Shown here one piece after another: positions 1-12,807 of a stretch of 63,961 nucleotides of DNA; within the stretch, counting starts at the first letter, position 1; the number at the start of each line of letters is the position of its first letter. Made by a program: the position numbers and the translations under genes. This DNA is from Octopus bimaculoides (taxonomy: Eukaryota). The stretch spans positions 45,327,786-45,391,746 of the forward strand of contig NC_068993.1 of the NCBI RefSeq assembly GCF_001194135.2, in the 5' to 3' direction. Below the pieces are notes generated by a model. That model was not told the DNA's origin, made no database searches, and worked only from the letters and a program-made list of their open reading frames with translations.

Positions 1-1262
1 ATATATATATATATATATATATATATACTTATACCTACAATATTTCATTGTATTTCATTGAACTCCTTGCTTTCACATTATAAGACACCCAAACACACAC
101 ACACACTCACACACACACACGCACGCACGCACATACTTATATTACATACTAGAAACAATTTCATCTATGCTTATAGTCACACATAAGACAGACACACGTA
201 CAAACACCTATACATCCTCACCTACTACACAGAAATTCTTTCTCCGTACTCTCTCCCTCTCTCTCTGTCTGCTTCTTTCTCTACTCTTTTTCTATTTCGC
301 AGTTTACATTTTTCCTTTCCGTATCCAGCGAAAACTATTGAAGACAATTCCAACAGGCAATAGGAAATTCATTTGATATCAGATATTTGACACAATAGAC
401 GACGAAGTGTAATTACAGAGAATGTTATTGCTGAAGAAATGAGCATGTTTCCTTGAGGCCTTTCTTTGAATAAATACTATTGATAACTAACGGCTGCTCA
501 AAGCGAATTGGAAACAACAACAACAACAACAACAACAAGAAAACACTAACTAACAAACAAGCAAACTGTGGGAAAAGCAAAAGTAAAACGAAAACAAAAA
601 GGTCACTTGCAGATAATAAAGAAACAAATATATTTAGAATGGTGTCATCAGAGAGACACACATACACGCACGTATTAAATGATATAGTTTGTTTACGATA
701 ATACATTCCGACTCAGAGCTTCATATCCAGAGTTCCTCGACAATTATCGAACGATTAAAGCTTCAATCTGTCATTCGAATCTCAGTGACATATATGCAAA
801 GTTTCCGGTAGTGCATTGCAGGTTTGTGAAATAGGTAAAGGACCATAATTCATTACACAGAGTAGATTAGACATGGAAACAGTAGTGGCTAAGAAGTGGT
901 CCCCACTCTCCAAAACCCTGGAACTGCTGAACAAGAGTCCCACTGTCGGAAGCAGTTTAAAGTCATGCCTATCACTCAACATACATATATACAAACATAC
1001 ATACATACATACATACATACAAACATGCATACAAGCATGCATACATACATAAATTAATTAAACTCGTATCGACTCTTCATATCGATTAGTATTTAGAAGT
1101 TGGTATTCGAAATTTGTAATTTGATTTAACTTATCTTAAGTTCACAAAAATTGGAAACAAATATATACCCTTCACGTTACCTACCACAGGTAGCTCCACA
1201 AAATTCTTCTGCCGCCCCACGAAAAAATGATGGACTAAATTCGAAACCGTGCACGGTAGCGT

Positions 1263-1796
1263 TTTACTCTTTTACTCTTTTACTTGTTTCAGTCATTTGA
1301 CTGTAGCAATGCTGGAGCACGGCCTTTAGTAGAGCAAATCGACCCCAGGACTTATTCTTTGTAAGCCTAGTACTTATTCTATCGGTCTCTTTTGCCGAAC
1401 CGCTGAATTACGGGGACGTAAACACACCATCATCGGTTGTCAAGCNNNNNNNNNNNNNNNNNNNNNNNNNNNNNNNNNNNNNNNNNNNNNNNNNNNNNNN
1501 NNNNNNNNNNNNNNNNNNNNNNNNNNNNNNNNNNNNNNNNNNNNNNNNNNNNNNNNNNNNNNNNNNNNNNNNNNNNNNNNNNNNNNNNNNNNNNNNNNNN
1601 NNNNNNNNNNNNNNNNNNNNNNNNNNNNNNNNNNNNNNNNNNNNNNNNNNNNNNNNNNNNNNNNNNNNNNNNNNNNNNNNNNNNNNNNTGGTCGGCCCGA
1701 GGCTATAGTAGAAGATACTTGCCCAAGTTGCCACGCTGTGGGACGGAACCCAGAACCATGTGGTTCGTAAGCAAGCTACTTACCACACAGCCACTC
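1263..1796 (-). mobile_element. tRNA-headed SINE, family B, central part lost in an N gap
   Basis: Minus strand begins GAGTGGCTGTGTGGTAAGTAGC...GGTTCTGGGTTCCGTCCC (A/B-box-like) and ends in a (GAGTAAAA)n tail. Homologous pieces occur at about 3125-3212, 5149-5222, 7184-7415, 19539-19950, 39138-39220 and 51010-51120. Confidence 0.8.
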
Positions 1797-2094
1797 TGGA
1801 TTCACTCTTTGACAATAAGGCAACAAAATCGATAACAACTACCGCAAGAACAACAATGACCACGACGACGACGACCACCACCAACACCACCAACACCACC
1901 ACCACTACTACTACCACCACCACCACCACCACCACGACAACAACAAGAACAACAAAATGTAAAACCGACAACATGAAAACAATAACAATAGAACTATCAT
2001 AACCTCTCACCGAAGCCTCATGTTTGCAGCCGGCTAGCGGCCATCACACATACAAAGAAAACCATACTGTGTTTGGTAGTTTGTATAAATGAAT

Positions 2095-2290
2095 TGTTGT
2101 TTTTTTTTTTTAGCTCTCGGCCAGCCCAAGGATCAAAGATGTTCTAGCTGTGAATATCTTGTCTTTTAATTCTAAGACATACCGTATTCTAGAACGATAT
2201 TATCTTTAAATACGTCAGCATGTAATTTGAATGGGATTGAGTGGCTATTTCTTGTAGGTAAATAAACAACGTAAAGGTTCAAACGTTGGG
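2095..2290 (-). mobile_element. Decayed dispersed repeat, family E (SINE-like, (CAA)n tail)
   Basis: Reverse complement resembles the three + copies at 16285-17490. Confidence 0.5.
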
Positions 2291-2378
2291 TCTTGAGGTT
2301 TTGATAAATGTGTTCAAATTTATGGTGTGATTAGGTGGAGAACTTGTGTATGCTTGTCTCTTTTTATTTAATGTCAAG

Positions 2379-2970
2379 AAGGCAACAAACTGATCGAATC
2401 GTTGGCGCATCGAACAAAATACTTAGCGGCATTTCTTTCACCTCTTTATGTTCTGATTTCAAAATTTCGCTGAGGTTGACTTTGCTTTACATCTTCCCGG
2501 CGGCAATAAATTAAAGTACCAGTCTAGTACTATTGGTGTGAATGTAATCAACTTCTCCCTCCCCTCAAAATTACTGGCCTTGTGCCAAAATAAGGAAGAA
2601 TTATTTAATCAGACAAAGTGGTGAGCTGGCAAAATCGTGAGAGGGCCGGAATAAATGTTTTGCAGTATGTGTTCTGACTCTTTATGTTCTGAGCTCAAAT
2701 TCCTCCAATTCCTGACCTTTGTGCCTAAATTTGATACTATTATTAATCAGAAGGAAGGCGGCAGATTGGCAGAATCATTAGTGTCGGATAAAAATGCTTA
2801 GTAGTATTTGATTTAATTCTTTACGTTCCCGTTTCAAATCCAGCTGAGGCCAACTTTGCCTTTCATCCCTCGAGGTTCGATAAGAAAATGTACCTGAGGC
2901 TGATGGAATCCACTGATCCCACTCTTCAAAATTGTTGGTTTTGTGACTAAATCAGAAGTCATTATTAAAT
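2379..2970 (+). mobile_element. Three head-to-tail decayed family A SINEs (2379-2606, 2614-2745 internally deleted, 2755-2970)
   Basis: Each has an AAGGCGG..GAGCTGGCAGAATC-like head and a TTTACGTTCTGAGTTCAAATT-like core, matching the other family A copies in the window. Confidence 0.8.
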
Positions 2971-3261
2971 CAGAGTAGGAGGGGACATCACCCATCTCAG
3001 CCAAGTGAAAGATATGTAGTTAATGTTTAACTTGAGATTCTGCTAGTTGAAGTCCCAGAAACATCACTGACGATGCATCCCTGAGCATAAGCGAGATGTA
3101 CAAAACTGAAGCAATAAATATCTTTTAGCTTTTACTTGTTGCAGTTTTTAGACTGCAGCCATGCTGTGGAACCGCCTTGAAGAATCTTAGTCAAATGAAT
3201 CGACCCCAGTGCTTTTATATATATATATATATGTAATTATGTATGTATGTATATAGTGAAT

Positions 3262-3452
3262 CTAAACAAGGAAGAACAAACAAGAAAAAACAATAACACG
3301 AGGACGTGGTACAAGTACTGTATTATCAGACGCTTAGGAAAGGAAGGAAAGAGGATTCAACGTTTCGAGCCAAGCTCTTCTTCAGAAATAGAGGCAAGTT
3401 CAAAGGAAGGGAAGACGGAGGAAGAAAATCGCCAACGATATACAGGCGGTTA
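3262..3452 (-). mobile_element. Short hammerhead-bearing dispersed repeat, family F (probable Penelope-like element remnant)
   Basis: Reverse complement aligns by eye with 9100-9260 and 39900-40085 around TTTCTGA(A/T)GAAG...CGAAACGT...CTGAGC. The Penelope link rests on the known association of minimal hammerheads with these elements. Confidence 0.55.
3355..3389 (-). ncRNA. Minimal type-I hammerhead ribozyme motif (extra-A variant)
   Basis: Minus strand reads AUUU-CUGAAGA-A-GAGC-UUG-GCUC-GAAA-CG-UU-GAAU: 4-bp stem II, palindromic ACGU stem III, GUU cleavage triplet and 4-bp stem I. Confidence 0.6.
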
Positions 3453-3568
3453 TATTTTGGAAATGTATGTATGTATGTATGTATGTATGTATGTATGTAT
3501 GTATGTATGTACGTATGTATGTATGTATGTATGCATGTATGTATGTATGTNNNNNNNNNNTATATATA

Positions 3569-3605
<37 letters not shown>

Positions 3606-3899
3606 CTAATACATAGACGCATGAAGCTGAAGAAAGAAAGATTGTTTTCTCGAAAGTTTCCGAGTTGAGATAAATGTTTATGAATCAATTGATTAAGAGC
3701 CAACAGTAAAGACAACAAAAACAACAACAGCAACAACAGCATCAGCAAAGACAACATGAACAGCAGCCATAACAACAACAACAATAACAACAAGAAAAGC
3801 GAGGACAGGGTCAGAACACTTATTTCTTTTGTAAATCATTTAATATCAATATTGTCTGTTAAATATCATCTCTGGTAACAGACTAATGCCACGTTAGAA

Positions 3900-5000
3900 T
3901 AACGCTGGTGGTGTTGGGTGTTGTAGCGGTGATGGCTGTTATTGTATTGTGATGGTGGTAGTGGTTTGGTGGTAGTAGTGATGGACGCTGTGTTATTTGT
4001 TGGTGGTGATAGTGGTCGGAGCATCGGTGATGATTATTGTGGTAGTGGCTGTCGTTGTTGTGGTGGCGGTGAGAGTGATGGGGTTGCTGTTTGTTGTTGT
4101 AGCAATAATGTGAGTTGTAGTAATGGTGGTGGTTGTGGTGATGGAGATTGTGGTGATGGAGGTTGTGGTGGTGGAGGTTGTGGTGGTGGAGGTTGTGGTG
4201 GAGGTTGTGGTGGTGGTTGTGCGATGGTTGTGGCGGTGATGGTGGTGATGGAGGTTGTGGTGATGGCAGTTGTGGTTGTGGTGATATTGGTAGTAGCTGT
4301 GGTGGTTGCGGTGGTAGTGGTGGTAATGGTGGTAGTTGTGATGATGGTGATGGGGGTATCTTGGATACTTATTTTGGTAGTCTCAGTTGGTGGTAGTGGT
4401 CTTAGTCTTATTGGTGGTTGTAGCGATTGTGCTGGTGATAGTGTCGGTCATTGTAGCAGTGGTACAGGTGGAGGATGTAGTGCTGGTGGCAGTGGTAAAT
4501 CGATGCTTACAGTGGCGGACGTTTTAATGGTATGAACGATGATGATGATTGGCGTACGGCGATGCCTGCTGTGGTAGTGGTCGTAGCCGTGGAGGTGGTG
4601 GTAGCAGTGGTGGTGTGGTGTCGGCGTTTGTTGTTGTAGAGGTAGTGTAGGCGGTGGTTATAGTGTCGGTGGTTATGGTGTCGGTGGTATGGTGGTGGAT
4701 GTTGTGTTTAATGTAATGTTAGCATGATATTGGCATTATTAGCGGGCGTGGTGCTAGCGTTGGTGGACGTGATGTACATGAGGGTGGTGAAGGTGGCTAT
4801 GACTGCAGTATAGGCGTTTGCTAGCGAACGTGATAGACATTATAATAGTGCTGGTTGGTCACGTAGTGGTGGTTGTGGTTGTAGTGGTGGTGGTGGTAGT
4901 TGTGGTGGGTGATGACAGATTTTATGGCGTAGGCAATGAGGTTGCTATTGTTGTTGTTGTTGTTGACGTAGTGTTTTGGGGTGAGGGATGGGGCGTGTCT
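3900..5000. repeat. Degenerate (GGT/GTT)n low-complexity array
   Basis: Triplet-periodic G/T-rich tract containing GGTGGAGGTTGT sub-repeats. Confidence 0.85.
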
Positions 5001-5691
5001 GTCTAGGCGAACCTTCGTTTTTGCAGACTTACATTTCCAAGGAAAAGAACTGATATCTATTTTTGAAACGATGTCTCAGGATACAAACACAGATGAAGAC
5101 AAAAAAATTGACTCACAGAGAAATAAATAAAAATCAATAGATATATAGGCGCAGGCAGAGCTTTGTGGATAAGAAGTTCACTCTGCAATCACGTGGTTTC
5201 GGGTTCAGTTTCCCACTGCACGGAAATGAATGACAAAAATGGATTGTTTATAAGAGTGTGGAGAAAAATGCCCTGGAGAAAACGAAATGAACCACCTGTG
5301 ATCGCTTCAAAAACCGCTCAGTATTCGGAGAGAGTGTGAATGAATCTAGAAGACGAAAACTGTATGGATGACCATCAGACACACACACACATGTATATAT
5401 ATATGCATATATATGAATATATATATATTGAATATATATATATATGCATATATATATACATGTATGTACATGTGTATATATTCATATATATATATTATAT
5501 ATGCATATATATATATANNNNNNNNNNNNNNNNNNNNNNNNNNNNNNNNNNNNNNNNNNNNNNNNNNNNNNNNNNNNNNNNNNNNNNNAAATTCTCAAAC
5601 GCACGATTATGCTAATAATATAGCCTGAACAGGATAAGCTACCCCTATTTTGCAGGAAAAAAATGTTGGCGGCCAGCTCTCTATATATATA

Positions 5692-6520
5692 TATTGGGTC
5701 ATCCCATAAATAATGCGGTTTTTTCAATTGCATGAACTAAAAGTCGGAGGGGAACGGGATAAACTACCTGCATCAACTTGCTACAAAATCAGGTAGTAAT
5801 TTTACCTTGATACTTATTCTTAGTGCAAATTTTGAAGAGTGCAGTTCGATTTTAGCAGTTATTTTTTTTATCAAAGCTATAATGGAAGTGACAAAGAAAC
5901 ATATTCAGCATACCCTGTTTCATGGGTTCAATAAAAGCAACAAAGTCAACGGAAAGTGCGAGGAATATTAGTTTAGCATATGGGGGTCGGACAATAAGCG
6001 CAAGCCAATGTCAAAAGTGGTTCCAGAAATTCCGAGCCGGAAACTACAGCCTAGAAGATGAGCGTCCTGAAAGATATATAGAGTTCGACGAGGACCCCCT
6101 GCAAACCCTGGTGAAATAAAATCCCATTATGACTGTTGAGGAAGTAACAGAGAAGCTTGGATTTGGTCATTCACCCATTCATCAACACCTGCGTGCCATC
6201 AGAAAAGTCAGCAAATTGGGTCAATGGGTTCCTCGCAAATTTTCCGAGTCTAATCGCGCGCAGAAAGTGAATGTGTGCTCTTCTTTGCTGTCACATGTCA
6301 CGAATGAACCTTTTGGGGGCCGAATAGGGACTGGTGACGAGAAATAGTTTCTCTATAAAAATGTCAAGCGCCGAAGATAGTGGGTTGGGAAAGGAGAAAC
6401 ACCGAAACCCCAGGCTAAAGAAGGTTTCCACCCACATAGGGTGTTGTTATCTGTCTAGTGGTATATGAAAGGTTTAGTTCACTTTGAACTTTAAGACCCA
6501 AACCAAACGATAACAAAAAT
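5692..6520 (+). mobile_element. 3'-truncated, decayed mariner transposon (5' TIR plus N-terminal half of transposase)
   Basis: Translates to QCQKWFQKFRAGNYSLED, KLGQWVPRK and RIGTGDEK* (WVP and TGDEKW motifs), with stops. A TIR-like TATTGGGTCATCCCATAAATAATGCGG follows a (TA)n run. Confidence 0.9.
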
Positions 6521-6590
6521 CACCTTTCACTAGAATTATTATATGTTTACAAGAGCTTGACAGGCATCTCCAACTGGCAGGTCATGTTAC

Positions 6591-6633
6591 TCCAGACTGA
6601 TGACGAGCAAATACCCAGAAACTAGTCTCTGGA
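6591..6633 (+). ncRNA. Type-I hammerhead ribozyme motif inside a long hairpin (6542-6680)
   Basis: UCCAGA-CUGAUGA-CGAG-CAAAUA-CCCA-GAAA-CUAG-UC-UCUGGA: perfect 6-bp stem I, intact core, palindromic ACUAGU stem III and GUC triplet. Stem II has two A-C mismatches. Confidence 0.75.
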
Positions 6634-7183
6634 TGCAGGCTTAGCTAGGTGGAGGTGCTTGTCTCCCCCTTGTAAACATAAGGACACAGGAAATGTGTCA
6701 AGGCCGAGAGGAAACGGTGCTGATTCTTAGGGCTAAATAGCAGTAGTATTATTCCCTTCATGGGACTGTCACATTAAGTTGACAGCATAGAACTACTTTA
6801 TATATATATATATATATATNNNNNNNNNNNNNNNNNNNNNNNNNNNNNNNNNNNNNNNNNNNNNNNNNNNNNNNNNNNNNNNNNNNNNNNNNNNNNNNNN
6901 NNNNNNNNNNNNNNNNNNNNNNNNNNNNNNNNNNNNNNNNNNNNNNNNNNNNNNNNNNNNNNNNNNNNNNNNNNNNNNNNNNNNNNNNNNNNNNNNNNNN
7001 NNNNNNNNNNNNNNNNNNNNNNNNNNNNNNNNNNNNNNNNNNNNNNNNNNNNNNNNNNNNNNNNNNNNNNNNNNNNNNNNNNNNNNNNNNNNNNNNNNNN
7101 NNNNNNNNNNNNNNNNNNNNNNNNNNNNNNNNNNNNNNNNNNNNNNNNNNNNNNNNNNNNNNNNNNNNNNNNNNNNNNNNNNN

Positions 7184-7415
7184 GTTGTGTGTAACTCTGT
7201 ATGTTTGTGCTTGTCCCTCTCGTTGCTTGTCAACCAGCGTTGGCTTGTTCACATCCTAATCAAATCTCGGTTTGGCTAAAGAAACCGACAGAATAAGGAA
7301 CAAATTAAAAAAAAAGGTACTGGTGTCAATTTCATCGACTAAATGCTTCAAGATAGTGCTCTAACATGGCCACTGTCGAATGATTGAAACAAGTAAAAGA
7401 ATTAAGGAATAAATG
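7184..7415 (+). mobile_element. 3' half of a family B SINE, following an N gap
   Basis: GCTTGTCAACC...AAAGAAACCGACAGAATAAG...GATTGAAACAAGTAAAAGAAT matches the reverse complement of 1263-1445. Confidence 0.7.
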
Positions 7416-8747
7416 AATGCGAATATAACAAAAAAAAAAATGGGACAACGCATACAAAAGCAACAGTAACGATTACAACAATATCGGATATAAAAAAAAA
7501 TATTTAAAACAACATTAACGACATGTAGCCACAACACCTGCAAAATCAACATCAGCAGGAATTATAACAATTGCAATTACATTAGCATCAGTAATACAAA
7601 CAGCAACATCAAGAACTAAAGAAATAGCCAAAAAACACACACACACAGCACAACAACAGCAACAACAAAGCAGCAATAGCAATTGTTACAACAACTAAGA
7701 GAACAATACACAACAAAAACAACAGCAATAGCATTAGTATGAGTCAGAAGAACAAGAAAAGAATCATCAGGAACAACACGAACAGCAACAAACAAGAAGA
7801 ACGAAGAAGACAGAATGACAATAACAACAACAATAAGAAGAAGCAGAAGAAGAGAAAAGAAAACGAAGAACAATTGAGAAGAACATTGTAAGAAGAGGAG
7901 AAGCGAAAAGAACAATAATAATAAGAGGTAAGAAGAAGGAAAGAAAAGAGAGAAGAGGAAGAAGAAGAGGAAGAGAAGAAAAAAAGAAGAAAGAAGAGGA
8001 GGAAGAGCGGAAAAGAAGAAGAGAGAGGAAGGAGAAAGAGAAATCGATGAAGACGAGAGAAGAGGAATAGAAAGGAGAAGAAAATGAAGACCACCACCAC
8101 ATTACCACCAAAAACAACAAAACAACGGCAGCAACAACAACAACAATTGCGCCAGCGGCGGCAACAGCAACAGCAGCAGCTTCACCAGCTACAACAGCGT
8201 CGACAAACCTGTTATCACGTGGTTCCGGTAAAGTAGGCGGCCATTTGTTTTTCTCTGACAATTTATGTCTCAGACTTCAGGCAAAATAACACAACATAAT
8301 TATATATTGTTGTCACTACTGAAGTCCTTATTGTTGTTACAGTTTGTATTGTTATCAATACTACATTTCTTGTTGTTGCTGTTGTTGTTGGTGGTCTTGA
8401 AATTGCTGTTCTAAATTTATTTATAGAAAAGAAAAAATACTGCAGATGTTCTTAGAGTAATTGAGAGTAATGAATTACTATAATATAATTCTGTGTTGAA
8501 TTTCTGTGTTTAGGGTATAGTATTATAAAGTATATTATTGTTTAGTAATCTTATGTTGTGTGCTACAGGTGAATAACGGCATGTTGTAGTGCTGTGCAGT
8601 GTATCGGTGTGATGACGTGTTTTATCGTGTAGTGGTGTTGTGAAAGGCACTTATAATGTATTAGTGCAAGTCAATGTTGTGAGATGCATAAGTGTAAAAT
8701 AGTGGTGTGGAGTGTTTTTGTGTGGTGTAATGTTGTGTACCGTGTGA

Positions 8748-8962
8748 AGGCGGTAAGCTGGCAGAATGGTTAGCACGACGGGTGAAATGGTTAGCTGCAT
8801 TTCGTCCGTCTTTACGTTCTGAGTTCGAATTCAGCTGAGGTTGACTCTGCCTTTCATCCTTCGGGGTCGATAAAATAAGTAGCAGTTGAACCACTGGGGT
8901 GAATGTAATCAACTTAACTCCTTCTCCGCAATTGCTAGCCTTGTGCCAAAATATGAAACCAA
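8748..8962 (+). mobile_element. Family A tRNA-derived SINE
   Basis: Full head-core-tail match to the copies at 26086 and 26346. Confidence 0.85.
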
Positions 8963-9099
8963 TACTGTGTACCGTGTAAACCAAGGAACATCTATCTATC
9001 TATCTATCTATCTGTTTGTCTGTCTATCTATATTTCTTTCTTTCTTTCTTTCTTTCTATCTTTCTTTCTGCCATGACGTTGGATGCACGAGCGTTTCTG

Positions 9100-9260
9100 T
9101 TTTTCAAACTTCTCTTCACTGTTCTATTCTCTCCATGCCTTTCCTCTTCTTTCAGAAGAAGAGTGTATATACTCGAAATGTTAAAAGCAATTTCCTTCAT
9201 CTTTCTCATTTTCTGAGCGTCAAACTAGTACTAACTCAGCGTTTACTGTTTACCTTGCCT
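9100..9260 (+). mobile_element. Family F repeat with a mutated hammerhead motif at 9150-9185
   Basis: UUU-CAGAAGA-A-GAGUG-UAUA-UACUC-GAAA-UG-UU-AAA: core U4 changed to A, CG changed to UG in stem III, stem II intact. Confidence 0.55.
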
Positions 9261-9500
9261 TCGTATTGCATCATTAATCTTTGCACTATATATATATATA
9301 ATTCAATAATAGGATAAAATCTTTGTAAGAATTTATCAAGTAGTTAGCGTGAAAAAACCTCACAAGGGAAAAATCCATAATTTATTCCCTATAAATATTT
9401 ATTTATATAATGCCCTTATATAAATAAATATAATGCCCTTATATAAATAGATATATATATCTATGTATGTATGTATGTATGTGAGTGTGTGAGTGTGTAT

Positions 9501-9532
<32 letters not shown>

Positions 9533-9886
9533 TTGAAGTTCCGTTATCTTTATTAAGTATATTCCCATTTCCATATAAGTCACTTATATCTAATGAAAAC
9601 ATAATGACTAGAAAAACAACAAAGAAGACAACGTGGTTACTATTTTTAGATTTACGATTTGGTATTTTGGAGCTTAAGGCTCTTCTCGGAAATTTAAACA
9701 GGAAGAAAAATGTAAAGAAAAGAAACGGAAGTAATTGAGAAATAAGTGTTTATCGGCGTTAACTCAAGCTGAAAATGGCTGCAGGACGAATGACCGGAAG
9801 TGAAAGAGAAAGAAAGTGGTTTCTTTCGTTCGAGAGCAACAGAGACGCTAACTGTAGGTCGGCAGCATGCACAATCATGTATGCGC

Positions 9887-9928
<42 letters not shown>

Positions 9929-10236
9929 TAATCAGCGGCGAATATTTAGGATTGAATATTTATATAAATATTAATATTGCTGTTATCATCGAAGGCAAAA
10001 TAAATAGTTGATAATAACAGCAACATTAATATAGGTGGTTGCATTATATATCAATAGAATTAAAATTGTATTAATCATAAGGACGAGCTTATACGTCTAC
10101 CTGCTAAAAATGAGAGCTAAAACTCACATTTAAACCACCAAAATAACACTGAAAAGAATCACAGAAGTGCGTCCTTATGATTAATACACACACACACACA
10201 CACACACACACATAGGTATCTACATATTTACCTATG

Positions 10237-10272
<36 letters not shown>

Positions 10273-10676
10273 TGTATGTATGTATGTATGTATGTATGCA
10301 TGCATGTGTGCGTGTGTGTATGTATGGATGTATTTATGTATGTATGTATGTATGTATGTGAGCCAGCCTATTGTATATGGATGTGTGTATGATATGTATG
10401 ATGTATGTGCCTACTTGTTGTGTGTGCGTGCCGCTTTGTTGTACGTACGTACGCACGTTAGTGATTGACTTAGAAGTAATGTATGCATGTGCACGCGTGT
10501 GTGTGTATATGTGTGTGTGTGTACGCGCATGTTGGGCTGGCGACATCTATTTCGATGTCTCTGTACGTGCATGTTATATTAGGTTTTGATGGGTGAATGA
10601 GTTCCTACCGTCGAATACCAAGACCTCGGGAGAACTGCAGTTGTAGTGAACTACATTGTATTGTTATTGCTTATAC

Positions 10677-10743
<67 letters not shown>

Positions 10744-11433
10744 AATGTTTCAATAAAAAATGGGTAAACGTGGCAAGAATGGTAAGTACAAAAGACGGCA
10801 CCACTTTAGGCATAAACATGTAAGAAAAAGGGACAAAGAGAGAAAAGGTACTTACTTTCATGTACCTTTAAAAAAAAGCCTGAGGTGACCGTGGCTTTTC
10901 TCTCCACGGATAAACCTAATCTGTTCCCCCACCTTTTACATTGACTGTGATACACGATCCCTATTGATCGGCTTTCCCCACTTTTTTTTTCTTCACGATC
11001 CCTTTTGATCGAAATTCTACCAACCTTCCCTTTTTTTGTCCCCCAAAAGAAAAGCTCTACATTGTATTTTGTCCATTTTCTGTATTTTGCCCTGTGTGGC
11101 CATAATAAAAAGATATCTATAAATATACCATATAATGCACAAACACACACATATATATGTATATATATAATTAACACAGAGATATCTCAAAAGCAAATAG
11201 CCAGTTCTCATTAGGCCGTTTTGTTACTGCGGATACTACTCACTAGTCCGATACCAAAACAGACTAAATCATTATAAACTGCTCCGGGCATATTTACTAA
11301 GTACCAGACTGAGGATTTAAATGCATCAACTGATATTATTTTGCTTCTAGAAATATATCTTTCAAAAATAATTGTGTCGATCCACTATTGAGATGTCTGT
11401 ATACATACATACATACATACATACATACATACA

Positions 11434-11464
<31 letters not shown>

Positions 11465-11564
11465 TTACTTACATACATAGATACATATTTACTTACATAC
11501 ATAGATACATATTTACTTACATACATACCTACATGTATATATATATATTTATACATACACATAC

Positions 11565-11596
<32 letters not shown>

Positions 11597-11646
11597 AGAT
11601 ACACATGAATATACATATACACACCTAGATATTTATACAAAGGAAT

Positions 11647-11858
11647 GGGTTGCTGAAAAGTTCCTTTCTTTGGATAAAAGAAAATAGAGGAGGATCATCA
11701 ATTAATTATAATTTTATTCATCATATTCTCCTCTCAGATTCACACACCCATTCCAGCGGCGCTTAAGCTTTTCTATGCCCTGTAAAAAGAACTCGGAAGG
11801 TTGGGTCTCCAACCAAACCTTTCACGAGACCCTTAAAGTGAGGATCTTTTCAGCACCC
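11647..11858. mobile_element. Mariner-derived MITE, copy 1
   Basis: Terminal inverted repeats GGGTTGCTGAAAAGTTCCT...AGGATCTTTTCAGCACCC; homologous to 14966-15171. Confidence 0.8.
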
Positions 11859-11861
11859 AAC

Positions 11862-11903
<42 letters not shown>

Positions 11904-12178
11904 CANNNNNNNNNNNNNNNNNNNNNNNNNNNNNNNNNNNNNNNNNNNNNNNNNNNNNNNNNNNNNNNNNNNNNNNNNNNNNNNNNNNNNNNNNNNNNNN
12001 NNNNNNNNNNNNNNNNNNNNNNNNNNNNNNNNNNNNNNNNNNNNNNNNNNNNNNNNNNNNNNNNNNNNNNNNNNNNNNNNNNNNNNNNNNNNNNNNNNNN
12101 NNNNNNNNNNNNNNNNNNNNNNNNNNNNNNNNNNNNNNNNNNNNNNNNNNATATATACATACACAAATAGATACATAC

Positions 12179-12263
<85 letters not shown>

Positions 12264-12807
12264 CATACATACACACACACAAATACACATAAAAATATAT
12301 ACACATACATGCATACACACAGTACACACACACACACACATATACGTATATATATATTCATGCACACACATATCCACACAAATATATTAATATCTTAACA
12401 GAGTGATATGTGTGTATGTATCTGAGTGTGTGTGTATGTGAATGTGTGTCCGTGTGTATGCATGTATGTATGAGCGCGCATATATGTATATGTATATATA
12501 TATACTGATTATAAGGTTAAACCCTATTGGGAAGATCGTCATATGCAGAGCTGACAATTCTAGAGATCAATGACTCTCCTTCGCCAAACCTTTAAGCCTG
12601 TATCAACTTGTTTATATTTATTAGTACAGTAAGGGAAAGATAAAAGGTGTTTATAAGTGGTTGGAAAATATCTGAAGAGCATAATAAAACAAAGAAAAAT
12701 ATTATATAAAATAAAAGAGAAAGTAAAAACTGACGCGTGCTGAAGACGGCTAATCAACTGTGAGAAGTGTACCATATGTTATAAACATATAAGAGAGATA
12801 TTAAATA

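Noticed and set aside
3067-3110. CTGACGA-TGCATC...GATGTA-CAAAAC hammerhead-like remnant
   Set aside because: G12 of GAAA is missing and no convincing stem I or cleavage triplet is present; at best a dead relic.
3942-4535. 197-aa Gly/Cys/Val-rich ORF resembling a structural protein
   Set aside because: It lies inside a degenerate (GGT)n tract that is open in several frames, and I found no splice or homology support.
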